Source of the DNA: Vicugna vicugna
Lineage: Eukaryota
Reading direction: 5' to 3'
Length of the DNA stretch: 64,000 nt
NCBI GenBank assembly: GCA_013265495.1
Contig: MU058475.1
Coordinates: forward strand, 310,001-374,000
The notes under the pieces were generated by a model, which ran no database searches, was not told where the DNA came from, and was given only the letters and a program-made list of their open reading frames with translations. Both the position numbers and the translations under genes were made by a program. Below, in pieces: positions 25,814 through 37,505 of the stretch. How positions within the stretch are numbered: position 1 is the first letter of the stretch; each line of letters opens with the position of its first letter.

Positions 25814-25874
25814 TGTGTGTGCGCGCGCGTGCGCGTGTGCGTGCATGCATGCATGTGTGTGCACGTGTGTGCGT
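25814..25874. repeat. 61-bp uninterrupted alternating purine-pyrimidine tract (TG/CG/CA)
   Basis: TGTGTGTGCGCGCGCGTGCGCGTGTGCGTGCATGCATGCATGTGTGTGCACGTGTGTGCGT. Confidence 0.9.
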
Positions 25875-26427
25875 TAGTGCAGTGCTCAGAAGTTTCCCCA
25901 CTAGGAATGACCACCTTCTCTCTTATCTAACCAAAACCATTTTGGGCAAGTTGGGTAAAGTCTATATGCCCCAGTAGTCTTATCTTTAAAGTGAGGATCA
26001 TAATAGTTACTTCCAAATACTACTGCGAGGATTCAAATTTTTTAAAAATTACATTACACCCAGCAGTATTGCTGTCACATGGAAATTGCTCATGAAGTGA
26101 GTGCCCACCTCAGATTGCACTGTTGTCCGATTTCTCCAGCTGGATTCCTGCTGATCTCTTCCTTCTCTAATATTTGGTAGCACTTCATTCTGAATCCCCA
26201 AATTGATTATTCAATCATATATTCACTTGCATTATCCTCTTGATTCCCAAACCAGGTTGTAAGAAGGTTAAGAACAGGGGTTATATTTCATACATTATAT
26301 TTATGCATTAAAATATATACGTTATATTTTCTGGTGTCTCCTACAAAACTAAGCACATAATAATTTTTGACATTGGAGAAGTATAGAAGTGATAAGAAAA
26401 CCAAGAGGGGCCTAGGACAATGCACTT

Positions 26428-27119
26428 AGATTTTTTTTTTGAACTATAGTTGGTTTACATTGTTACATTAATTTCTGGTGTACAGCATGGTGATTCAGTT
26501 ACACATATATATATATATCTCTTTTCATATTCTTTTTCATTATAGATCATTACAAGATATTGAATATAGTTCCCGGTACTATAGATATAGTAGGACCTTG
26601 TTTATCTTTTTTGCTTATAGTAGTGTGTATCTGCAAGTCCCTAACTCTTAATTTATCCCCCCTCCCTTACCCCTCTTACCCTCCTGGTAGCCATAAGTTT
26701 GTTTTTCATGTCTGTGAGCCTGTTTCTGTTTTCTAAGTAAGCTCACTTGTGTCATATTTTTAGATTCCACATAGAAGTGATATCATATAGTATTTTTTTC
26801 TTTTTAAAAATTAAAAAAAAATTTAAGGGGAAATAATTTAGTGTTTTTCTTCCTCTTTCTGACTTACTTCACTTAGTGTGACAAACTCCAGGTCCATCCA
26901 TGTTGCTGCAAATGGCATTACTTTATTCTTTTTAATGGCTGAGTAATACTCCTTTGTATGTATATACACCACAACTTCTTTATCTAATCATCTTTCAGTG
27001 AGCATTTAGGTTGCTTCCCTGTCCTGGCTATTGTGAATAGTGCTACTATGAACATTGTGGTGCATATATCTTTCTGAATTAGAGTTCCCCCTAGATGTAT
27101 GCCTGGGAGTGCGATTGAG
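26428..27119 (-). mobile_element. 5'-truncated young L1 3' end
   Basis: Poly-T start; CAGGTCCATCCATGTTGCTGCAAATGGCATT motif; TSD AATGCACTT at 26419-26427 and 27120-27128. Confidence 0.92.
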
Positions 27120-28736
27120 AATGCACTTTTGAATGGTGCCTATAGGAAGGATCGCCCACCAAGAGGTAAGCAAACACTGGAGCATCCCTGAGTTTACCAG
27201 ATGGATTTCCAAGCTGGATTCCACTACTGCTTCCCCCTCGACCCTAAAGCTCAGAAAGAGAGCCAACCTTCTCCATTCGGAGGAGAGGTGTTCGTCCTCC
27301 CACACCAAACATAACTTCTTCTCACCTCTCCCCTCCTTCCCACTGTAGACACTGGATCTCGAGGAGTCATAAAACAAAATGCAGTACATCCTCCCAAATA
27401 GACTGGGAGCTCCACACTCCAAAACATTGTTAATGCCCCGCAGACTGCAATTTGTAGTCATTGGGCTGAGGCAGGTGTGGACATTCCGCTGGTCTTGATA
27501 TTAACAGACCTCGGCAAGCCCTCTCTTTCTCTTCATGAGGACGCCCTGGCCCCCCTCACTTGAATTGGTTGGTGGATTTCCGCTTAATGACTGGAGCTCC
27601 TGGGAGGGTGAGTTGAGGAGCTGGAGGGTGACTCTTGGGTGTTGAAAAGCTCTGTAGGAACCTCAGGATGGTACGAGCTCCCCTGCAACACACGTCCATT
27701 TGAAGAAGCCCATTTTCTCTCCTTTTCATCCCATTTGTCACCTTAAGATATATCTTGCAAGGAATTATCCAGGGAAATGACGGTTGGAAGCCATTTGCAG
27801 AAGCTTCCGTTAGTGGGCACCCTGGGTGGGGACTCATTTTGCCACGAAGGGACTTCACCTGTGTGGGGCTCTCTGGCATCTTAAAGGCATGAGGATGGAC
27901 TCTTGATTTCCTTTAAGAGGAAGCCAGCTGAACTCTAGCCACCACCGTGTCCTCATTCCCCTCATGTGTTGAAGTTTTCTTTCTTTCAGTCAATCTGATA
28001 ACTAGCCTTAGCAGATTAGTAAGTACAGCTATTCTGAATATTTCTAGGATGGCTGCCATTGGGGGGGAGGGGCATGAAAAGGAATTGGGCCGAAGTCATT
28101 GTTCCTGCCAGAGAAAATCATCCATTGCTCCCATCTCCTCTCTGCTGGAGCTGCGATTAGCTGCGCCACTGAATTCTAAGCCTCTCTTTCAGCAATTATA
28201 GTACTTTCTATTATGAGCTTGTGGAGAGTTGGTTTAGGATAAAATGTTTCTTATTTTCTTGCTCCGCAGGAAAATCAAATCTGTTCCTTTGCCCGAAGCA
28301 ACTGCGCCTCTAAATATGTTAAAGGCATCTGGCCATTGAGATCAATGGCCACACAAACACAATTGGACTACATTTCTCTTATGAGCCAATTACTCCCTCT
28401 TGCAAATCTCAGCGGTGTCAGATTAAGGGAGCAACAGCTGGGCAGAGCCATCCATCAAAACAAATCAGTCAGCCCAGAAATAAAGTGCTGGGTGACCTCA
28501 AGGGATTTAGAAGAATCTACCTTGTCTCATTCTCTTGCTCAGTATGTAATTCCTGTAAGGGACATGGTGGCATGTCTCACTGTGGCAGACCCTGCTGTGA
28601 GTGTGGCCCTGGTCACTTGCTTGGGAGCACACTGCTGCCTTTCAAAGCACACTTCAGTAGTGACAGCTTGGAAAGAAAGGCTATTTCTTAGAGAAGCAAT
28701 CTCTCAGTGTACTCTGTGTACTACAGAAATAGGAAT

Positions 28737-29244
28737 TGTTCCTGAGTCCAAACTCAATTCTGCTTACCACACGATAGGCCAATAAATTGGGAGGTGAGGT
28801 GTTGGGACAAGGAATAATGACTTTATTTGGAAAGCTGGCAGACTGAGAAGATGGGGGACTCATGTCCTGGAGAATGACCTTCCCCAAGTTAGAAATCAGG
28901 CTCCTTTTATAGTGAAAGGGGAGAGGGTGTGGTTGGTTGTTGCAAACTTCTTGGTGTTTGGAATTCTTTGTTCTTGCAGCTGTCCACATGGGTCAGATCA
29001 TGGTGTCCCTGTAAACCTCCAACAAGACAAATGCTATTTTCTATTGTGCAATTTTTTCTCTATATGAATGGAAAAATGTTATACCTGTAAAGGTCAGAGC
29101 CTTGAGAATGGGCTGTCCTGTATATTTCAGGCTCACAGCAACTTTCTTTTACAAAAGGAGCAGAACCAGCCCAGGAAACAGAGCACGGGGTTAAAGACAA
29201 ATAACAGATTTAATATGGAGTCAGATTTGTCCTTTTCTATTACA
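28737..29244 (-). mobile_element. ERV1-type solo LTR (family B)
   Basis: TG...CA termini; TSD GAAT at 28733-28736 and 29245-29248; homologous to 30618-31143 and 10079-10596. Confidence 0.92.
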
Positions 29245-30617
29245 GAATCATATTTTCTCTTCCAACGATTAGGAAAGACTGTCTTACAGAATTGAAGAGC
29301 ACTTGCCTGGACACGTGGGCGCCATGGATTTAGTATAAGGATGGCTTAGCACCTGGCCAGATCCCAGCTGCATCCCAGGTCTTGTCTCTAATCTTTCTTC
29401 CTGAGTGGTTTGTGAGTTTTGGAAATTTTTGTGAAGATGTCACAGTTTTCTGATTATTTGGCTTATTCACATGTCAGCTCTTAAAGGAATGGAAAGAATT
29501 ATCTCCCCATTTCTGTATTGGATGCATTCAGTGATGTTTGTATTCCTCACCTAGAATGTCTTATGCATATTTGCATGCCCAGTGCCTGACATTAGGACTC
29601 TCATGAGTTGGCCAAAGACAATAATTTAAGGGACTCGAGTAGAGATGAAAGGCTTCATTTGACTGATGTGTGCCAGGGAGCACCTGAAGGCCAGGTGACC
29701 CCCCACGCCCACCCCAGTCACAGCAGGGCTGGAGTTCTCTAGGGGGAGGGAAGGCAGGTGGGCATGTCCTGGTGTTTTGAGTCAGGTGAAAGTTTCTATC
29801 TTTGACTGCTCTGAAACTTGCCCTTAGAGGTTGTCCTGATTTTCATGCATCTTGCTCAGGTTTGTGAGGTCCTGTCCTGGTACCTGTTAGAAGCACTTTA
29901 AAGCACTGTTTTTGCGAACCTGGCAGTTTGTTGGTTAGTCAAGGTTCACAGGGTAGGAGAAAGATAGGGAGAAGAGGTTAGGGCAACATCCACAGAATTC
30001 CAAAGAAAAGAGCTACTCGAGAATATGTTTCCAGTTGTTGTCTAAGTATTCAAGGCAATGGAGAAACTGAGGACCCTCCATCATGCCCAGTGGAGTCTTT
30101 TTACAGAGTAAATACCAAACAAATGAGTGTAGGAAGATATGATGGAAAAGGTCTAAGGCCCATGTCTGAAATGCCTCACATTCTCCTCATTTAACAGGTG
30201 TAAAATAATGTGGTCAGACTGCCAGAGCTCAAAAACTGCCCGGTGAGCTGGGCCGAGTAGAGCTCACAGAAATAGGACCCATCTCTAACTTGGTACAGCG
30301 GGCATTTAATACAGGGCATATGTGAGAGCTCAAAAGAGAGAGCAGAGTCTCCGTGCCCCATTCCCATTTCCCCTTCCCCATTCCTGTGCCTTCAGGCTTC
30401 AGAAAAAGTGGGTAGAAAGCAATACCGAACCCAGAAATTGCTACTCTCAGAGAAAGAAAGAACAAGCCAGTTCCAGATAAGGTGAGACATATACCAAGGA
30501 AAACTCACTTTTTAATGCACCAAAGAATAGAAGGGTGAGACAAAACTCTCCTTGTGGAGTATGAGCAAGATGAGAAAAAAAAAAAAAAAAGGTCTGGCAA
30601 TTATGCAGACTTCCCCC

Positions 30618-31143
30618 TTTCACTAAGTCCAAATTCATTCTGCTCATCACACGACAGGCCAATAAATCAAGAGATGAGGTGTTGGGGCAAGGAATAGAAG
30701 TTTATTTAGAAGTTATTCAGACTGAGAGGATGGCACACTCATGTCCTGGAGAACCATCTTTCCCAAGTCAGAATTCAGGCTTTTTTATACTAAAAAGGGC
30801 AGAGGGTGTGGCTGGTTGTTGCAAACTTCTTGGTCTTTGTTCTTGGACTCCTTTGTTCTTGCAGCTGTCCACGTGAGTCAGACCATGGTGTCCCTGTAAA
30901 CCTCCAACAAAACAAATGTTATTTTCTATTCTGCAACTTGTTATCTTTATATAAATGGAAAAGTGTTAATATCCTTAAAGGTCAGAGCCTTGAGAATGGG
31001 CTCTCCTGTCTATTTCAGGCTCTAGGCAACATTCTTTTACAAAAGGTGCAGAGCAGGCAGGACTCAGCCCAGGAAACAGAGCACAGGGTTAAAGTCAAAG
31101 GAACAGCTCTAATACGGAATCAGATTTGTTCTTTCCTATTACA
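30618..31143 (-). mobile_element. ERV1-type solo LTR (family B)
   Basis: TSD CCCC on both sides; shares AAAGGTCAGAGCCTTGAGAATGGGCT and AGCCCAGGAAACAGAGCAC with 28737-29244. Confidence 0.9.
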
Positions 31144-31598
31144 CCCCCAACACACAACACACACACACACACGCACACGCACACGATTGAAAAAGAGAAA
31201 TGTTACGTTGCATTCAAAATACAGAAGAAGAATCCAGCCTGGAAGAAAATATAATTCTTAAACCAGAAGTATATTTCCCACGAGTGTTTCAGACTACGTG
31301 GGAACTTAATAAGAACATAAACTCATTCCAAAAGAAGAGCATAGGGAGGAAAGGGAGCACCACCCACAGAATTCCAAAGAAAAGAGCTACTCAAGAATAT
31401 GTTCCCAGTTGTCACTTAATTATAAACACAGTAAGTGGACAATCACAAACATAAGAAATGGAGAGTATGCGAGTCCTATAAGCTTCTGGATTAAAAGCAT
31501 CCCAGTAATAAAATTCAACTACTTGAGAGGTGAATCAAAATTAAGAATTTAGAAATGGAAAAGCTGTGGTTACTGAGCAAACCCTGATGCTGACTATT

Positions 31599-31706
31599 TT
31601 TCTAAATTTAACTTGACTTTTTTTAATGGCAGTACTGGGAGTTGAACCCAGGACCTCGCACATGGTAAGCACACACTCTTCCACTGATCCACACTCTTCC
31701 CTCATC
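31599..31706 (-). mobile_element. tRNA-derived camelid-type SINE
   Basis: GTACTGGGAGTTGAACCCAGGACCTCGCACATG; TSD CTGACTATT at 31590-31598 and 31707-31715. Confidence 0.85.
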
Positions 31707-34195
31707 CTGACTATTGAGCTCATTTAATGGCAGAACTAAGATTAAGTAACTGGAAGGGGTGGTCAGACTTGCGCATCAGAACGTGAACGTCGTGAACCCT
31801 CTGCAGGTAATACTAAAGCACAGAGCAAATGTTGGGAGGTTGGGACAAGGCAAATCAGAGGAAAGCTTAAGAATACTGGGTGTCTGATCTCTCATAGCAG
31901 GTAATCAGCATTGTCTGAAAGTGAAACATGTAGTTTAACAAAATGACTCTAACTTTTTAAACGAATTTTGTAGTGTTTTTTCTTCAACATGATGAGATGT
32001 TTGAGAAATGCACATCTTGGGAGCAACATCTTCAGATAATCTCTTCACCTGTCTGTCTACCCATCCATCAAACCGTCTTACACATATAGGTAAAGAGAGG
32101 CGTCTGGGGGTGGTGTCACCAAATGTTAGCACTGATTATTACCGGGTATTGCAATTTCGAGTAACTCATTCTTTTCTTCTTTCTATTTTTCTTTATTGCT
32201 TGAATGTTTAATAATGACCCAAATGTTTAATTTATGAAAACAATAAAAATATTATTTTGATCAAAAATTAGATGGTCAGATCCTTTTAAGATTCTTGCCA
32301 TCTCCACTTCATTGACCCAGTTTTTCTTGTTGGTCAGATTTAAACCTCAGGCAGTGGTTCTCCTAACCCACTGTCCTCAATTTCTAGAGACACAAAATCA
32401 TAAGCCAGACTAGCCAAGGGATTTCACATTTTCTTCTTTTAAATTTAGGAAGTTAAAAGATATGACCATTACCATCCAAGACTGAATTTAAAGGAGAGAG
32501 AGGTGAATGGAAAAACGGTGATAAGAAAGAACTTCCATTCTGACTGTGAAGAGCCTGACGTCACTGTGGCAGGACCGGACTCAGCATGAGGTACCAGAAG
32601 GACAAGAGGAAAGGCAGAGCCTGGAGCCATGGTAACAGCTAGGCTTCCAACATGGGACCACGTGGGAATGCGCAGCAGGGTCCAGGCAGCATGAGGCTTG
32701 AGACGGAGTGTCCATGAAAGAGGAAAGGAAAGAGACAGAGATGTGTTAGGAGGAAGTCCGGGGTGAGGACACAGGGAAGTCCAGTGCAAAAAGGACTTCT
32801 GTGCTGTGCTGCAGGCTGCCAGTGGGAGATGAGGTGTGGGAGGTGCCCTGCAGGACTGTAAGTCTAATGCATGTGACCGTATAGGACCAACTAAAGTCTG
32901 GGAAAATTTAGTCAACATGAGGTCGCTGGAAACTTAACGAAAACCTTTCATGACCACAGATTTACTCCGAGGCAACGTGCGTGGGTGAGGGTTATATTTT
33001 ATTCACCTCAATTGGCATTGCAAGTAATGAATGTAAAACCCGGTCCTGGGCTGTTCGCCCCGGGAAGGGGCACGGAGCGGGGGTACTTGCGCCAGCCACC
33101 ACAACCACCACCTCAACTAAAGAAGCCCGGGGTCTAATCTTGATCCGCTGCGATAAAGAGAATTCAGAGGAGGAAGAAGACAGGGAAAGACCTTAATCAA
33201 TTGGAGTTTAACCTTTGGTTTGACACATTTTATCTTGTGGTCACAGCTGCGAGGCCGAGGCTGCTTTATTTTAAAAGTCGTGTTGATGACTTATCAGAAG
33301 CACTTGTGTCTGGGAGAGCTTGCGGGTGAAAGGGTTCTCCAGAGTAACTTCTGTTCTACTTAGCACTTATATAGCATCAGGGAGCTCTGCTGAGTTATTA
33401 ATACATACCTGGTGCTTTCAAAGCAATTTACAATCTTTCTGGACAGCATCCTTATCCAAGGGGCTGGGGGGCTGGGGGTGTGGTCAAGGAATCAGATGGC
33501 TTGAGCATCTATTTGCTGCTCCTGCTGAGGGTGGGCCCTTGGCTCAGAAATCAGCTTCCTCAGTGTCCCAGTCCTCATCCACGAAGGACAGCCCTCCTGT
33601 CCTCTGTGCCCCCTCTGTGACACAGGCCACTTCCTGCACAAAATGCGGGGAACACCCACAGATACCCATTGTGTGGCCCTAGACAAAGCAGAGGGATGTA
33701 TTTTGCTCCCCTCTGTCGCTGACCTTCCTGATGAGACCCCTCCTCACCCTCACTCTGACCAGGACACTCAGGGACTTTGTGGGCTCCCATGATTTCCCAG
33801 AATCCCTTGCTGAGCTTCCCTGCACAGAGGGCAGCAGCCCCTTCCCCCAGGATGGCTGGCTGGGCCCTCTTCCCTTCTCTGGACGGTGGCCCACAGTCTA
33901 GAACTGGAGATGGACGGTGCTCAGTTCCTTGGGAGAGCAGCTGGGGGTGGGGACCGCCAGCAGCTGGACCTGCAGGAGGGCTGGCCTCCCTCACCTCAAG
34001 CTCTGCCTCCAGGCTGAGGAAGGAGCAGACAGGGAGGGGGTGCCCCTGGGGAACGTGTAGGGTTCCATGTAAGAGGCAATCCTCTTTTTTCCACCGAGCC
34101 AAGTGAGGCGCCTCTCAGGGAATTATTTCTCCAGGCTGGAGCTTCCTGTCAGAAGGGCGATGACTTGGGAGATGCAGGAGCAGGAGTCATCCCCA

Positions 34196-34211
34196 CCACT
34201 AGGGGGTGCTC
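34196..34211 (+). promoter_or_regulatory. Candidate CTCF site
   Basis: CCACTAGGGGGTGCTC is close to the CCASYAGRKGGCRS core. Confidence 0.5.
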
Positions 34212-34509
34212 TCCAAGGAGCCCACAGCAGTGGCCACCGCCACACGGGGCTTCCCTCAGGTGTGTAAGCCCCAGGAGCAAGGGCTGCACGGAGAGGAAGC
34301 ATAGGAACATCTGGTCAAATAGAGACACTTTCCTTTCCTTCACCCTTCTCCACTCTGCAACCATGCATCCTGCCCTCTTTCACCTTCTGCTTCTGGATGG
34401 ATCTGAGGCGGGAAGCCCCATAAAAAGACCGGCAGGACCCCAAGGCAGGGCTGCTGCTCTCCTCCCAGCACCCTCCGGTTCCCTGGCCCAGAGGCTCTAT
34501 CTCACTTTT

Positions 34510-34956
34510 TGTCTCTAAAGCGGCTAACTTACACCTAAAATTCTATTGGTTCCCTGAGCTCATTTCTGATTGGTTATTTCCTTCACTCCTGATTGGTTAT
34601 TACTCTCACTTCTGATTGGTCCACTTCCCTAACTTCTGATTGGTCCATTTGTAGTACTTCATTTGCATGAAGCTCACTTCTGATTGGTCTATTTCTACAA
34701 AGCTTGTTTCTGGTTGGTCAACTTCTGTTATACCTTATTTGCATATGGTGTTGCAAAGTAAAAGTGGCAGCCTATAAAAGGCCTGTGCAACCCTGCAGAC
34801 AGGGTTTACAGCTTGGAGTATTAACTCTTTTGGGCCTGCTGGTATAATAAGCCTGAGTTCTCCAGTCCTCCGAGTGCTGCTTGGTCTCTTGCCTGGGTCT
34901 AGGCTGCTGTCACAGCTGAGCTGTAATAGCGAGCTGTAACACATTTTCCCACAACA
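34510..34956 (+). mobile_element. ERV1-type LTR with tandem CCAAT array (LTR12/ERV9-like architecture)
   Basis: Repeated CTGATTGGT units, TATAAAA at 34773-34779, GAGCTGTAA repeats in U5, CAACA end; 5' boundary uncertain and may extend to about 34404. Confidence 0.8.
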
Positions 34957-36809
34957 TTTCTAAAGTCGAGGGGTAAGAATATATACATTTGGGACAGTTT
35001 GTCTAGATCCTAATGTGACAGTAAGTCTCGTTTAACTGTAAGTTTTAATATCTATATAATGTATGCCTTAAAATTATCTGGTTTTGGCATTTGAAAAGTA
35101 ACTTTATATTGTTTCATATCTCATTGCAAAATAATGCGTATTTTCCATACATTTAAATAAATGTTATTGTGATAAGCACACTTAACAAATCTACTCTCTT
35201 AAACAAATATGTTTTTTAAAAAGCTAGATATGAATTGAAATCTCACCACTGAGAAATAGCCGTGATTAAGCTTTGGAGTAGTAGCTTTCCTAGCTTTATT
35301 GCAAGCATCTGCGTGCTCATGTGCACGCCCGTGTGCGTGCGTGTGTGTTTACAGAGATGGGGCTATGTTGTGCTGTACCCTGCTCTTCTGTCATAGGGAG
35401 AACCCTTCCCATGGAATTCTCCTGTGGCTGGGTTATTGGAGGCATGGTATTTTGTGTTGACATCTCACAGATGGGGAAACCCACTAGAAAAGGCCTCTTT
35501 CTTTCCCTAACAGGGTGGCTGTTTCTTGAAGTTAGTTTGTGAAAGTTTTTCTTCGGAGACCTCAAGTCATAGCATCTATAAGCCTGAAATCCTAGTCTCT
35601 CACGGCCCTTCAGTGAACCCAGCACGTAAAAGGAGCGGGTCAGGGCAGCAGGAACGGGACCAGCCTGGGAAGGTAGGACCTTGAAACCAAGGCGAGAATG
35701 GAAAAGGTCAAAAGCAAGTCTGGGGTCTCTGAGGGGCTGCTTGAGCTCTTCAGGAAGGCCGAGTGTGAGGCCAGTGACAAGAAGGCTATGGGTCACACCA
35801 GGCAGAGGCTCTGCCATCCACACTCGCTCGATAAACTCTGAGTTCCTGCTATATGCCAGGCATTGTCTACACTGATGACAGAAAGATGGGCAAAGTCACA
35901 CCAGTCTCCACAAAAGCAAGACTCCAGGGACGAGCGTTCATTACAACATGATAAATTTCATCAAAGAAGTTTGGATACAGTGCTGCAGGAGGACGGAGTA
36001 CCACAGGGAGTGTGGGAGCCTCAGATGGGGTGACACCGAGCGGTGCTGGGGTGTGGGTGGCAGATGAGGGGACGGTGTGTGCAGTGGGGGTCATTGTTGG
36101 GTATGGGTGGTGGGCACGGCCAGCAGCTTGGGGTGGCGGGTCTCAGTGTTTGGGGGGAGAGGGAGGAAGCTGCAAAAATCAGATTTGTTCCTGTCCTTTC
36201 AGAATTCGCTCTAAATAACTGGACAGATGTGGGCTTTGTAGTGAGGCTTGTTAAAGCTTAATTGTTTAGCTCGGGTATGTGCGAGCTATGTGATTCCAGC
36301 AAATCCCCACTGCTGAATTCTCATTGCCCAACTGTAAAAGCACGTGCGGGACCTAACTCTCCAGGCTGTGCTGAGGACCAAATGGGAAAACCAGAGTGAC
36401 AGCACTGGGCACTGTGGCCCGGGAAGCTCTGGCACCCTTCCTCCCCTCCTGAAACCAGCTCTCACAGAAAACATGCCTGCTGGGTGCCGGGTGGAGGTGC
36501 CACACCTGAGTTCCAAGGGCATCACTGTGTTGTCTCTGCCAACACCTGGAGTCTGTGAAAGCTGGGTCAGGAGGAGTGTGTCCGGGCCTGGCGAGGTCTG
36601 GAGCAGAGAGCTTCACCACCTCCAGATTTACGTTCAGGCGAGGCCCCCTCCTGAAAGCTGCCCCGCACATCCTGTGGGGTCAGGACACTGCGAGCAACTG
36701 GGAAAGGGTTAACAGAGGACTCCAGCCCTCGGCCTGTTGGCCTCCCCTGCGACAGTGGCCCATAGAACTGGTGCCCCCATCTGCCTCTCACAGAGCGCCT
36801 CTGTCCGAG

Positions 36810-37175
36810 TGTCATGGCAGAGTAGTGTCTCCCCAGATTCATATGCCACCCTGCTAACCGAGTGGGACGGGACTGGGAGACACGGCTGTTAGAGACGGGA
36901 CGACGTTAAAATGGGGCTATTAGAGTGGATCCTGATCCAATGTGACTGACATCCTCGTAAGAGGAGATGAGGACCCAGACCCACACAGAGGGAGGACGGT
37001 GTGGGGACACACAGAGAAGACGGCCGTGAATAAGCCACAGAGAGAGGCCCCAGACGGAACCGGCCCTGCCTGTTCCTGGCTTCCAGGTCTCCACTCTACC
37101 AAACTGGGAGACAATCACTGTTTGTCCTGGAAGCCCCAGTGTGTGGTACTTCGTTACAGCAGTTCCGGGAAACAC
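36810..37175 (+). mobile_element. MaLR LTR (MLT1A/B-like)
   Basis: CCTGATCCAATGTGACTGACATCCTCGTAAGAGGAG...GAAGACGGCC...GTGGTACTTCGTTACAGCAG. Confidence 0.85.
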
Positions 37176-37505
37176 AGGGGCAGAGTCTGACCATCTCTGC
37201 CCCTGCGTTTCCCTTCTCTCAGTCAGCAAACCTCAAGCCCAGCACATCGCCCCACCCGCTGGCAGCCGCCGTGGTGCGCCTGTGGCTCGGCAGCAGAGGG
37301 TGGAGGGTGGCCTGTGTTCTTAGGAAGGTAAGAGCACCCTTTCCTGCTCGTGCCAACCCCCATGGATGGCCCCTCCAGCCCCGGTGCCTGGCTTCCAACC
37401 CCACAGCTCCCCCCCCAAGCCCTGCCATTTGTGGGCTCTGTGCTTTCTGCTGCTTCACGCATATGGGTCTCACGGCCTCAGTTAGAGGGGCTCTCGTCTG
37501 GCCAG

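Noticed and set aside
28336..28785. 149-aa ORF as a coding exon
   Set aside because: Non-ATG start, runs into an LTR, no recognisable homology
28737..31143. Two same-family, same-orientation LTRs 1.37 kb apart, as a deleted provirus
   Set aside because: Each LTR has its own TSD (GAAT versus CCCC), they differ at many positions, and no PBS, PPT or gag/pol remnant is visible between them
34545..34720. CRISPR-like regularly spaced repeats
   Set aside because: Eukaryotic LTR U3 tandem CCAAT units with related, not unique, spacers; no cas genes
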